Shown here in pieces: positions 1-11,280 of a stretch of 64,000 nucleotides of DNA. This stretch comes from Mobula hypostoma (taxonomy: Eukaryota). Location: NCBI RefSeq assembly GCF_963921235.1, contig NC_086097.1:4588001-4652000 (forward strand), read 5' to 3'. Position 1 is the first letter of the stretch. The number at the start of each line of letters is the position of its first letter. The translations under genes were made by a program, and so were the position numbers. Under the pieces are notes generated by a model. That model was given only the letters and a program-made list of their open reading frames with translations, had not been told where the DNA came from and ran no database searches.

Positions 1-914
1 TGGTCCCATGTAATTCACATTTTATTGATCCAGGTTTCTTAGGAAGAGTGATAAATACTTTTTTTTCATCTCTTCTGGTATTATTCCAGTCTCATAAATG
101 TCATTGATTAAATCAGTAAGTTTTTCAATTCCATAATCTTCAAGGGTGATAATTTGTTCTATTACTAATTCATCAGGACCTGCTGCCTTTCCTTTCTTCA
201 TCTTATTTATTGCATTACGAACTTCAGATTTTAAAATACTTGGACCTTCAATGCTGATTTTTTGCCTTGATCGTCTTCAAACAATTCCTGAATATACTCA
301 GTCCATCTGTTCATAATCTCATTTTTTTCCATGATAATAGTACCATCCTTTGCTTTCAAACATCCACCTGAAGAACAGAGGAGCTTTTTACCTCTTTCTA
401 TTTGCTCACATTCCTGGTTTAACCATTTTTCTTTGGCTTTTTGACATAAGCTTTTAACTTTTTTATCTAAGGACTTATAGTCTATAGAATTTGCTTTCTT
501 CCGTCTCCTGTCTTCCATTAGATTTTGGATTTCATCTATCATCCATTTATTTTTTGTGCTTTTTTCTTTTTTAGGAATCACTGACTTTGCTGATTCTACC
601 AAGGCATCCTTTCGAGAGTTAAATTTCATTTCTACATGATTGCTATCATTTTCAACAGATCCTAGTTCTAGAATTTGAAATCTATTCCTTACTTCAATTG
701 TAAATTTTTGTCTTAAGTTTTCTTCTTTAATTTCACGTAGAAAAGGGATTGTTCAGGTTTTTGCTTCTTTAGTTTTTTAAGTTTTACTTTTACATGACAA
801 ACTACTGGGTTATGGTCACTATTACAGTCTGCACCTGGATATGTTTTGCATTGAGTCACCGAGTTTCTAAATCTTTGGTTTATAGTAATAAAGTCAATTT
901 GACTTCTAGTATTT
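1..914 (-). mobile_element. RTE-clade (BovB-like) LINE fragment: end of the endonuclease domain, linker and start of RT; degenerate, runs off the window edge
   Basis: SQIDFITINQRFRNSVTQCKTYPGADCNSDH (APE C-terminus); RWTEYIQELF; KMKKGKAAGPDE in a shifted frame. Confidence 0.85.
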
Positions 915-1530
915 CTAAAACAAGGAGCCCAAAACTGCAAACATCATATCCCTGCTCTTATATTCTATACCTCTAGAAATGAATGCCAACATTGCATTCA
1001 CCTTCTTCACCACCGAATTGACTGGGAGGTTAACCATTAGGGTTTCCTGCACAAGGACTCCCAAGTCCCTTTGTTTCTCTGCATTTCGAATTCTCTCCCC
1101 ATCTAAATAATAGTCTACCCGTTTATTTCTTACACCAAAGTGTATGACCATACACTTTCCAACATTGTATTTCATTTGCTATTTCTTTGCCCATTCCCCT
1201 AAACTATCTAAGTCTCTCTGCAGGCTCTCTGTTTCCTCAACACTACCCACTCCTCTACCTATCTTTGTATCATTGGGAAATTTAGCCAGAAATCCATTAA
1301 TCCCATAGTCCAAATCATTGACATACATCATAAAAATCAGTGGTCCCAACACCGACCCCTGTGGACTTCCACTGGTAATCGACAGCCAGCCAGAATAGGA
1401 TCCTTTTATTCCCACTCTGTTTTCTGCTGATCAGCCAATGCTCCACCCAGGCTAGTAACTCTCCTGTAATTCCATGGGCTCTTTTCTTGCTAAGCAGCCT
1501 CATATACAGCATCTTGTCAAAGGCCTTCTA
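915..1530 (-). mobile_element. CR1 LINE RT fragment
   Basis: [19 protein letters not shown] (decayed FADDTK), QRDLGVLV. Confidence 0.9.
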
Positions 1531-1559
1531 AAGATCATTGGAGAAAGTCCAGAGGAGGT

Positions 1560-1760
1560 TCACGAGGACGTCTTGCTTGCTGGCTTTTCAGGGGTCACTA
1601 AGCTGTGTAAGAGACTCTACATATTAGCACTCGTTAAGCCGAGAAACGTTGATATTTCTTTTCCTCATCCACATCGTTCGCGTTACAACCCTCTTAATGT
1701 ACAATTCCCAGTCCTCGTTAGCACTATCAGATTTGTCAGCTTTCTCGACTAAAGTTGATT
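1560..1760 (-). mobile_element. Degenerate 5' fragment of a Gypsy-type gag
   Basis: Frameshifted reading EKADKSDSANEDWELYIKR..CNANDVDEEKK...SLLHSLVTPEKPASKT resembles the gag N-terminus of K02A2.6-like Gypsy elements. Confidence 0.5.
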
Positions 1761-2014
1761 TTACTTTAGCTTTGCTGATTGTGTGTACTGTGCATTATTA
1801 CTCACGCATGCCTTTGTTAGTGTCTGTGTTGGCTTTCTCTGTACAGATTCACTCCTTCCTCTCGTTGTCTCTCTTCGCTCCTCCGAATTCTGTCGTCTCA
1901 TAAATGTCGGTGCAGTTGATGATATCACTGACATTCAGGTTTGTACTCATCACCAATTTGTTGTGTCTGTACAACTACAAATCAATTAAATAAAGGCATG
2001 CCATGGAGATACCT

Positions 2015-2600
2015 TTAACCATATGACCATAAGATAAAGGAGCAGAATTAACCAATTGGCCCATTGAGTTTGCTCTACCATTTCATCTTGGCTGTCCCAA
2101 TTTCAGCCACAATTTCCTAATTTCTCCCCCGATCTGTTCATGCCCTGACCAATCAAGCACCAATCAACCTCTGCCTTAAATATGCATAAATTTTTGGCCT
2201 CTATAGCTGCCTGAGGCAAACAACTAGATTCCCCACTCTCTGGCTAAAGAAATACCTCCTTGTCTCCGTTCTAAAAGGACACCCCTCTATTCTGAGGCTG
2301 TGTCCTCTCCTCTTAGACTCTTCCACCACAGGAAACATCCTCTCCACATCCACTCTATCAAGGCTTTTCACCATTCTATAGGTTTCAATGGGGGCACCCC
2401 TCATTCTTCTGAATTCCAGTGAATACAGGCCCAGAGCCTGACATCCCATTCAATCCTGGAAGCATTCCTTTAAACCCTCTCTGGTTGCAATACATTCTTT
2501 TTAAGATAAGGGGCCCAAAACTGCTCATAATACTCCAAGTGAGGCCTCACCAGTGCTTGATAAAGTCTCAACAATACATCCTTTCTTTTTATATTCTCTT
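2015..2600 (-). mobile_element. CR1 LINE 3' end
   Basis: LGLYSLEFRRMRG...RGHSLRI...FFSQRV; tail of cttatggt-type repeats on the minus strand. Confidence 0.88.
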
Positions 2601-3654
2601 TCTTGGAGGTGACAGACACTTTGGAAAATTGTTGCCAGGTGCAGTTAGTGCTATGCTGTTACAGTGCGGGTTGTGCTGGGTTTTGGAGTTCATTTCCAGT
2701 GCAGTCTGAATTTCCTCCCAGCACTGCAGTTTCATCCAAAGATATATTTGTTCAAAACTTCCAAGGTACATTTATTATCCAGGTGTGTATATTCTATACA
2801 ACCCTGAGACTCGTCTTCCCCACAGACAGCTACGAAACAAAGAAAACCGTAGAACCCGTTCAAAGAATAAACATCAACTTCCCCATGAGCGAAAAAAACC
2901 AAATCACAAATGGTCACAAAAGAAAAACAAGTGAGCAAGAAACAGCATATAAAACACAAAATCAAACAAGTGTCGACATGTTCAGTTCAGTCTGTCTTGT
3001 TATCTGCTGGTCTCCCCAACTCAAAATTGTTCCAAAATAGCAACAAAACAGGAGCAACCAGGAACTAGAAACATATCATAACGTGAACTACAGAGTCTAA
3101 ACCACAAACCGAGTTTCAAGTAAATCTTGTCCAAGACCCAGGTCTCTGTTAGGTCATCCTCTGACAGCATCGAGAGAGGGAGGTACCATTTGAATGCAGA
3201 GAACTTCCTCCGAGAGCAGCAAGCAAGAGGGAGAGAGAGACCATCATATGCAGACACCATCCTCTGGTAGCAGAGAGCAAGAGGCTGGTAGATGGCACTG
3301 AACACACGCTCACCATCTGCACTTGCTGCGATGATTCCAATCTTCATCAGCACTTTAATTGGTGAGAAATGGAGTCGATCATGGGTCATGCCCCATCTTC
3401 AGGATTCTTGGCCTTGAGGCTGCACGCTTGGAGACAGAAATGCTCCAGATCACTCAATCAGCTGGAAAAACACATCACCAAAATGTTGATCACAGGCTCC
3501 AACAGCAGCAGAACCACTTCTGAAAGAAAAAGAAAATGTAAAAGAGATGAAGGTGGTAGTTTCATGAACTGTCTGGAGGATGTCGCTCATGGTCGCGTTG
3601 TTCTCTGGCGCCATCTTCTTCCTGTCATAATAGGTCATTTTAAGTTGCCTGATG

Positions 3655-4510
3655 ATTAGTTAGTTACTGCCTGTTATGTTGCTGGAGTTTTGGGCAGCAA
3701 CCTAAGTCTTCCATCCCTGTTTGTCCTTGGCCATCTTGCCTTTTGTGTCCCTGGTGTGGTTCAGGGTCCTTGTTTCTCCCTCTACAGTATGGCGCCAAGT
3801 TGTCTTTCGTCTTCTGTGTTTCTGTCACCCTTCAGCAGCCCTGTGAAGTGCTGTCTCGATCATAGAGTTGGCTTCTCTTCTCATTACGTACTCAATCCAT
3901 CTCCAACATTTCCTTGTGAGATTGTGGCCAAGTCCTTGATGACACTGAAGGAGAGGGGCATTTCTGGAGATCTTTCTTGGCCAGAAAATACAGAGGATCT
4001 TCCGAAGGCTCATGGTGTGGAATAAAAACAGATTGGCAAGGTCGCTTTCTGTCACGTGCCAGCATTCTGACCCATACAAGACTGTGGACAGAACACAGCT
4101 CTGATACAATTTCACCTTGGTGTGGGTGCTGTACTTGGTTGATCCCCATATACTGGTCATTGAGCTGAAGACATTCCTAACTTTGCTGAGTCTGCATTGG
4201 ATGCCCTCCTTGGTCCCACCATCTGCCAAATGATGCTGCTCAGGTAGGTGAATCTGCCGGTGCTGGGTAAGTTGACGCCATAAGTCTTGATGGGAAGAGG
4301 AGACTCTACATCGAGGGTCATGGTCCCAGTCTTTCTCCGGCTGGCTCCGAGTCCAACCTGTCCACCAAAGGTACGCAGGTGCTGGAACGTATGTGATAGT
4401 AAACTGAGGTCATCTGCAAAGTCAAGGTCCTCTGAAGTAGAGGATACAGTCCACCTAATGCCTCTCTGCCACCTTTTATTGTTTGCCTCATAACCCAGTC
4501 AATCAGCAGG
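3655..4510 (-). mobile_element. RTE-clade LINE 3' fragment (RT thumb to tail)
   Basis: DLDFADD, FTYLSSII, TKVKLYQSCVLSTVLYGSECW; tail ...ataacaggcagtaactaactaa. Confidence 0.88.
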
Positions 4511-6134
4511 TTAAGTATGGTTAGGCTTATGATTAAGCAAGCGTTAAGTAGGTGGGTTGCTGGGCGGCGCTGTTAATTGGGCCGGTAGTGCCTGTTCCTT
4601 GCTGTATCTCTAGAAAAATAAAATTAAAAAAATAAATGAATAAAAATGAAAAAACAAAGACTGGAAGGATCTAGCACTATAAATAAACAGATCAGCAAAG
4701 GAACAAGCAGGTTCAATGAGGCCATCAAAAATGTTAAAAATAATACCGAGGTTAATTTGAAGGGGTGCGAGGCTGGAAATTAATTTAAACTAGCAGTCAA
4801 CCTTAGTTCCATCATAATTGGAGCTTCCACCCCTACAACAATGACTAGAAAAATGGTTCTGAAATAAAACATAAAATGCAGGACATACTCAGAAGATCAG
4901 GCACTACGTGTAGAGAGAGAGGGAAACAAAGCCAGTGTCTGATGATTTTCCTAAGAATTGGAACAAGGTTGGGATGCCTCAGTAGTGTGGTGGTTAGTGT
5001 GAGACTGTTACTGCTTGGGTTGTTGGAGCTTGGAGTTCAGTTCTGGTGTCCTTTCTGTGAAGTTTGTATGTTCTTCCTGTGAGTATTAGTGTTTTGTTGT
5101 GTGCTCAGCTTTCCTCCCATAGGCCACAGACTTGCCAGTTAGTAAGTTAAAAAAAAAGATAAAATATAAAGAATTATCTTTTTCAGATAATTGGAACCTC
5201 AAGGCCGTTTTAGATTGTGGGATAAATCACCACCTTATGAACTCATTACAGATACAATGATAAAATAGAGAGTAGGAAACTTTTTCCCTTGGTGGTAGGG
5301 CATTAGTTTAGAGTATGAGATGGGAGCTCAGAGGGGATCTAAAAAAGAACTTTTTCACCCGGGGAGTTGTTAGATTCTGGAACATGTTGCCAGAGGAGAT
5401 CATGGAGGCAGATTCTCTCACAACACTTGTGAAGTCCTTACAGGCACGTATGAATCACCAAAGCATAGAAAGCTAAAGTCCCAGAGCTGGTAAAGTGAAT
5501 TAGGATAGATAGGCACTTGATGAGTGGTGTGGGCACGATGGGTTCAAGAGTCTGATCGTATGCTGTAGGACTTTAGGACCTTCAAGGAAGAACGTTTTTA
5601 AACAAATCACCATCCCAGATATAGCAGAGAACTGAGTGGACAATTTATGTGCATCAAAAACTAACATCCAAGGAGAAAAGTTCTCCTTCATCTCTCCTTT
5701 CAGCTGCCAAGAACTGTCAGGAAGTACTTACCTACTTCCCCCAGATTATCCTCTGCAAAGCTATGTGCCCTGCATCCCGAATACATATATATCTCAAGAC
5801 ATATTTTCACCTACTAACTTAGAGAAATGACCTTGAAAATTTAACCCATTCAAGTTACAACTTGTTTATACAGAAGCTAATGATCTGACTGTTTGAGCAG
5901 ACTTTGTGGAAGAATAGAGGCCATTCCAACAAAGGTATTTGACAAGTTCATCAAAAGATTTGTGTTGCTCCAGAAAGTAAGCAGTTTCATTCTTATAGTC
6001 GCTCCCTAAATACTTCTAAATATCTACTATCAGAATATTTTCCAGATCCTCTAGCTATCTTACATTGGAATGGAATGAGACAGACCTTGTCAATCTCGAT
6101 TTTATCTTTGAGGTTATTTAAATCACTTATGCTA

Positions 6135-8050
6135 CAGTGGTGCTAGAAATTTTGTGAACTCTGTCGAATTTTCTTTATTTCTGCATTAATACAGTCTAAG
6201 ATGTGATCAGATCTTCATGTAAGTCCTAAAACCAGATTAATAGAACACAATTAAATAAATAACACAAAAAAATTATACTTGTTCATTTATTTATTGAGAA
6301 AAATGATTCAATAATACATGGATTTTTTGGAAAAAGTAAGTGAACCTTTGATTTCAGTAACTGGTGTAACTTCAGCCATACGTTTCCGGTAACCATTGAT
6401 CAGTCCTGCACATCAGTTTGGTGGAAATTTAGGCCATTCCTCCTTAAAAAACTGCTTCAACTGTGGGATGTTGGTGGACCTTCTTGTACGAACTGCTTAC
6501 TTCAGGCCCTTCTACAACATTTCTATAGGATTAAGACCAGGACTTTGACTCAGCCATTCCAAAACATGGATTTTCTTCTTTTTATACCATTCTATTGTTG
6601 ATTTACTCTTGTCTTTCAGATCATTGTCTTGTTGCATTATCCAACTTCTATTAAACTTCAGTTGATGGACTACTACTCTGATATTCATCTGTAAAATGTC
6701 CTGATACAATTTTGAATTCGTTGTTCCCTCAATAATTGCAAACTATCCAGGCCCTGAGGCAGCAAACCAGCCCCAAACCATAATGTTCCTTCCACCATGC
6801 TCCAGAGTTGGGATGAGGTTTTGGTGTTGGTGTGCAGTGCCCTTTTTCCTCCAAACATAGCAATGTGCATTTCTGCAAAACGTTCAACTTTTGTCTCATC
6901 TGTCCACAGAACATTGTCCCAGAAGTGTTGTAGAACATCTAGCTGGTCTTTTACAAACTTGAAAAATGCAGCAATGTTTCTTTTGGAGAGCAGTGGTTTC
7001 CTCCGTGGTGTCCTTCCATGAACACCATTCTTGTTCAGTGTTTTTTTTTATAATGGATACATGAACAGAGACTTCAACAAGTTCTAGAGAATTCTGCAGG
7101 TTTTCTGCTGTTACCCTTGGGTTATTTTTCACCGCCTTCAGCATTGTACATTGTGCTTTTGTTGTAATCTTTGCAGGATGCCCACATATGCCCACACATA
7201 GGGAGAGTGGCAACAGTACTGAGTTTCCTCCATTTGTAGACAATTTAAATACTGTGGACTGATGAACACTCAGGTCTTTGAAGATGCTTTAGTAGCCTTT
7301 TCCAGCTTCGTGTATCTTGACAATTTTTCAAAGGTTCTCCGGAACTTGTTTTGGTTGAGGCATGGCACAGATCTTTCTCGAGGAGAGCAGGCTCTGTTAG
7401 TAACCTGAATTTCTGTGTCTTTTTTATACAGCAGGGCACCTCTACAACCCACACTTCCAATCTCAACTCATTGATTGAAACACCTGACTCCAAATAGCTT
7501 TTGTAGAAGGTATTACCCCAGAGGTTCACATACTTTTTGCAACAAATACATTTAATGTTGGGTCATATTTCTCAATAAATAAAAGAATAAGTACATTGTT
7601 TTGTGTTATTTAATTGGGTTCTCGTGTGGGCATGTGGCCAAATGGTTAAGGCATTGGACTAGCGACCTGAAGGTCATGAGTTTGAGCCCCAGCCGAGGGA
7701 ACGTGTTGTGTCCTTGAGCAAGGCACTTAATCACACATTGCTCTGTAACAACACTGGTGCCAAGCTGTATGGGTCCTAATGCTCTTCCCTTGGACAACAT
7801 TGGTGTCATGAAGAAGGGACACTTGCTGCATGGGCAATAGCTGGTCTTCCATACAACCTTGCCTGCGCCCTGGAGAGTGAAGACTTTCCAGGCACAGATC
7901 CATGGTCTCACAAGAATAATGGATGCCTTTATATTTGGGTTCTCTTTATCTAATTTTAGCACTTATGTGAATATCTGATTATATTTTAGGTCATATTTAT
8001 GCAGAAATAGAGAAAATTCTACAGGGTTCACAAAATTTCTAGCACCACTA
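6135..8050 (-). mobile_element. Tc1-like DNA transposon with long (about 200 bp) TIRs and a frameshifted transposase
   Basis: TA|CAGTGGTGCTAGAAATTTTGTGAAC at 6135 and GTTCACAAAATTTCTAGCACCACTA ending at 8050; QQDNDLK...EWLSQSPGLNPIEML; VKNNPRVTAENLQ. Confidence 0.93.
7624..7934 (+). mobile_element. tRNA-derived SINE inserted in the Tc1 right TIR
   Basis: A box TGGCCAAATGGTTAAGG, B-box-like GAGTTTGAGCCC; perfect 10-bp TSD TTGGGTTCTC at 7614-7623 and 7935-7944. Confidence 0.85.
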
Positions 8051-8199
8051 TGTCCAGAATACACAGGTAATGAAATGCATTCATTATCGATAATAACTTA
8101 TTTATGGAGCACTTTTCATACAGATGATGTAGTTCAAAGTGCTTTCAATAGGATAAAGTGCAAACATAGCAATAAACCTTCAAGAGCACCACAATTTTG

Positions 8200-8470
8200 T
8201 CATAGGGTTCAGAGCGTTGTGTGTCTCAATGACCCAGAGAGCTATGTTGACTGGAGTCAGGGCTTTATGCTAAGGGTAGAGGCCAGAATAAGAATGGTCC
8301 ACCAGTCCTCTAGTTTCGGGGCTAACAACCCTGACTGCCAAAATAAAATTGTTACAGAAACAGCACCGAAGAATCCTTATACATCTGTGTGTGACAGTAT
8401 GGACAGACAGAGATGGAGGACTTCATTGCTGCCCTAAGCACCAGCGGTGGAGTAACAGGTAGTAAGTAAA
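8200..8470 (+). mobile_element. Bipartite non-autonomous RTE derivative (5' UTR joined to 3' tail)
   Basis: RTE 5'-UTR-like ggggctaacaaccctgac; 3' end gatggaggacttcattgctgccctaa...gtaacaggtagtaagtaa resembles the tail of the RTE at 3655-3730. Confidence 0.6.
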
Positions 8471-9442
8471 TATGGAAATAAAAGAAAAAAAGATTTTATT
8501 TAAAGATTTTGCTTTTTCTTCAACAAGCTGTGTATATTTTTGTAGTTCAAATGCACAAGCATTTTAGGTTCGTAATAGCTTGTTGACCTATTTTGTTGTT
8601 AATTTGTCGTAGATGATGACAAATTGCACACAGGTTAATTTTCCTGCAAATTACACAATGCATACAGGTTGACTGTATTGAAATAGAGAGGATTTTTAAT
8701 TTGCTAACAGACTATTTGCAATTGAGCAACTGGTTCAATTAATTCAGAACTTCCAGTGACTGGACAAAATGCTTACTTCACAAACCATTGCAAAGTCGAT
8801 AAATACAATCAAATATTAACCAAAAACAACTGTACAACCGCCCAGAAGCAAATGTTCTGAGGAGGATGTTGTGTGAGGACTCAGGGAAGGAAATGCAGTA
8901 CTGAGAATGATAGGACCAGGAACAAACTCAAGAAGTGTATATTGTTGCACAGAAGGGACAGGACTCAGCAAAACAGAAATCAGGTAGATTTTGAAGAAGA
9001 TTAAATTTTGAAGACCTGTGAAGAGTAAAGCTAATGAACTTTGAGCATTTATGCTTTGAGATCTATAGAGGTTAGTAAATTTCACCGTTGCAGGAGAAGA
9101 AATGAAATGCAAACAACAGTGATTACAAAAGCATACAACTTGAAAAGTCAACACTGAACAGGTCAGCTTCATCAAGCTGAGAGGTCGTGTTGGCACAAGT
9201 AAAAGTCTTGCAGTCAGGAGGGGAGAGCCGACAGTCTGGCGAGCAGGCACCGGTGGGAAGCCAGCTAACTTGCAAGGGTTCTTACTCACCCTGCGTTAAC
9301 CTTAATTAGCAATTAGATGGCTCATTGGCGGTTCTGGATTTAGAAATGGAAGCAAGATGGGCAGATCAGAGAAAGAAACAAATCGAAATCTGCAAGCTTG
9401 CTTAAAGTGATTATTGTGTTTTAAATGAAGCTAATTTATGCA

Positions 9443-9506
9443 CAGTACTGTGCAAGTTTAGGCACATGTAAATCGCTGGGGTGCCTAAGACTTCTGCACA
9501 GTACTG
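9443..9506. mobile_element. 64-bp Tc1-like mini-MITE
   Basis: CAGTACTGTGCAAGTTTAGGCAC...GTGCCTAAGACTTCTGCACAGTACTG|TA inverted termini; a related partial copy lies near 38382-38430. Confidence 0.7.
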
Positions 9507-9624
9507 TATATTATGTCTTTCCAGTTACCAAATAACACCTAGTTCTACTGAGCTAATACGTAGTTGAGTATTCCAATGGGGTGCTGCTTTGCTGAGCATC
9601 TCCACATCATCCATTACAAGAGGA

Positions 9625-10070
9625 ACTTCTGGTGGCCAAGCATATTAATTCCAATTCCCATTCCCTTTCTGATGTGTTGATCCATGGCCTCCTCGTACCA
9701 AGATGAGGCCACCCTCAGGGTGGAGGAGCAACACCTTATATTCCGTCCGATTGCCCACCAACCTGATGGCATGAATATTGATTTCTCCTTCTCGTGGAGA
9801 TTATTCCCCACCTCCCACCATTTCCTCTATTCATCACTCTGACTTTTCACTTCTTCTCACCTGCCTAACACTTCCCCCTGAGTCACCTCCTCCTGTTGTC
9901 CACTCGCCTCCCCTATCAGATTACTTCTTCTCCAGCCCTTGACCTTTCCACACCCATCTGGCATCACCTTTCACCATCCAGCTAGCCTCTTTCTCCTCCC
10001 TCCACCTTTTGTATTCTGGTATCTCCCCTCTTCCTTCTCAGTCCTGAAGAAAGGTCTCGGCCCAAAACTG
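9625..10070 (+). mobile_element. Penelope-like element 3' fragment with a decayed hammerhead motif
   Basis: DEATLRVEEQHLIFR...QPDGMNIDFS, pyrimidine-rich UTR, CTGAAGA-AAGGTCTCGGCCC-AAAA at 10044. Confidence 0.8.
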
Positions 10071-11280
10071 TAGGAAACATCCCTTCCACATCCACTTTAC
10101 CTCGGCCTTTCACCATTCAATAGGCTTCGTTGTGGCTGGTAGTTGGACTACATTGTGTAGAAGCAATGATCCTTATTGACACGACAGCTGGTCAGATTTG
10201 AACATTGGGCTAGTAAATCTTTACTAGCCGTGCCTCTCAGTCGCACAGTACAGTTCTAACCACTCCAATGCTTTGTAATTATGTCACAGATCTTTCAACA
10301 ATGTTTCTGAACCACTCCCACTCCCACTAGCTCTCAGAACACCTGACCTTAGGATCCCCGATGCCGTAGCCTGACCCCTGCCACGGAGATTTCTGACTCA
10401 GGGATAAATCTGATGCAAACTCTGTCAGCTGATGCGTCTATTCCCATGTCTATTCTCTAGATGGCAGTAGAGAGCATCTGAACAAGCTGCATCACTGCTT
10501 GGTACAGAAACTGTACTTGTCATGGTCCGGTCCGTGAACACCGCATTCCAGTCCATCAATCCTTATTACAGGTTTTCCGGTTTTCCCCGCTTCTGTTGAG
10601 GCACCTGATTTTCGTTTCAGGCTGGCTGAAAAATATCTCTGCAAACCAGGGACTGTTCCCTGTCTGATTCCCCATCTGATCCCCTGTCTGAACCCCCCTT
10701 GCCTGCAACCTTCGTCAGTATCCCCGTCAACTTCAACCACTGGAGTGAGACCGGAGCCTTGCCACGCCAAGATGAGGAACTTCCTATCGTTGAGTTTGGA
10801 ACTGTCTCTTTGTGTCCCCATGTTTAGTGTCCGTGTCAAAGAAGAGTCCCGGCCCTACGTCCTGTTCCCAAGGAGGGGTCCCAGCTCTGTGTTCCGTGTT
10901 CCTCTGCTCAAGTCCCAGGCTCTGTGTTCCTGTGCTCAGGACCCAGGCTCCATGTTCCTGTGTTCCACGTCCGGGTCCCGTGTTTCTAGTCCAAGTCCTA
11001 GCCCAGGCCCAGAATCCTAGTCTCGTCCAGGGCCTGTGTCAAAGTCCAGCATCATTTCTTCCAGATTCCCTTGCTATCTCGATAAACCTAGTCCTGTGCC
11101 TAGTACTTCAGTGTCTGTGTCTTGCATTTGGGTCCGCCTTCAATGCCCCCTTATGACAGAACAGTCCAGTCAAATATGGACCCAGCAACACAGACACTGT
11201 CGTTTAACTCTCGCCATCCTGGGTTCCCTCCTGTTGAATGCACCCTCACCCGCCCGTGTCGTCCAGAGTCTGGGAAAGCC

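Noticed and set aside
5874..5976. Possible plus-strand exon (tatacag...gtaagc)
   Set aside because: Stops in all three frames and no partner exons; a non-coding exon cannot be supported from sequence alone.
7624..7700. tRNA gene (also 45830-45900 on the minus strand)
   Set aside because: A and B boxes run directly into a SINE body with a TSD; no convincing cloverleaf.
8816..9289. 157-aa minus-strand ORF in unique sequence
   Set aside because: Non-ATG start, no recognisable domain and no supporting splice structure.
11176..11280. Functional gag ORF after the 5' LTR
   Set aside because: Only an MDPA start and about 35 codons before the L1 tail; no capsid motif.
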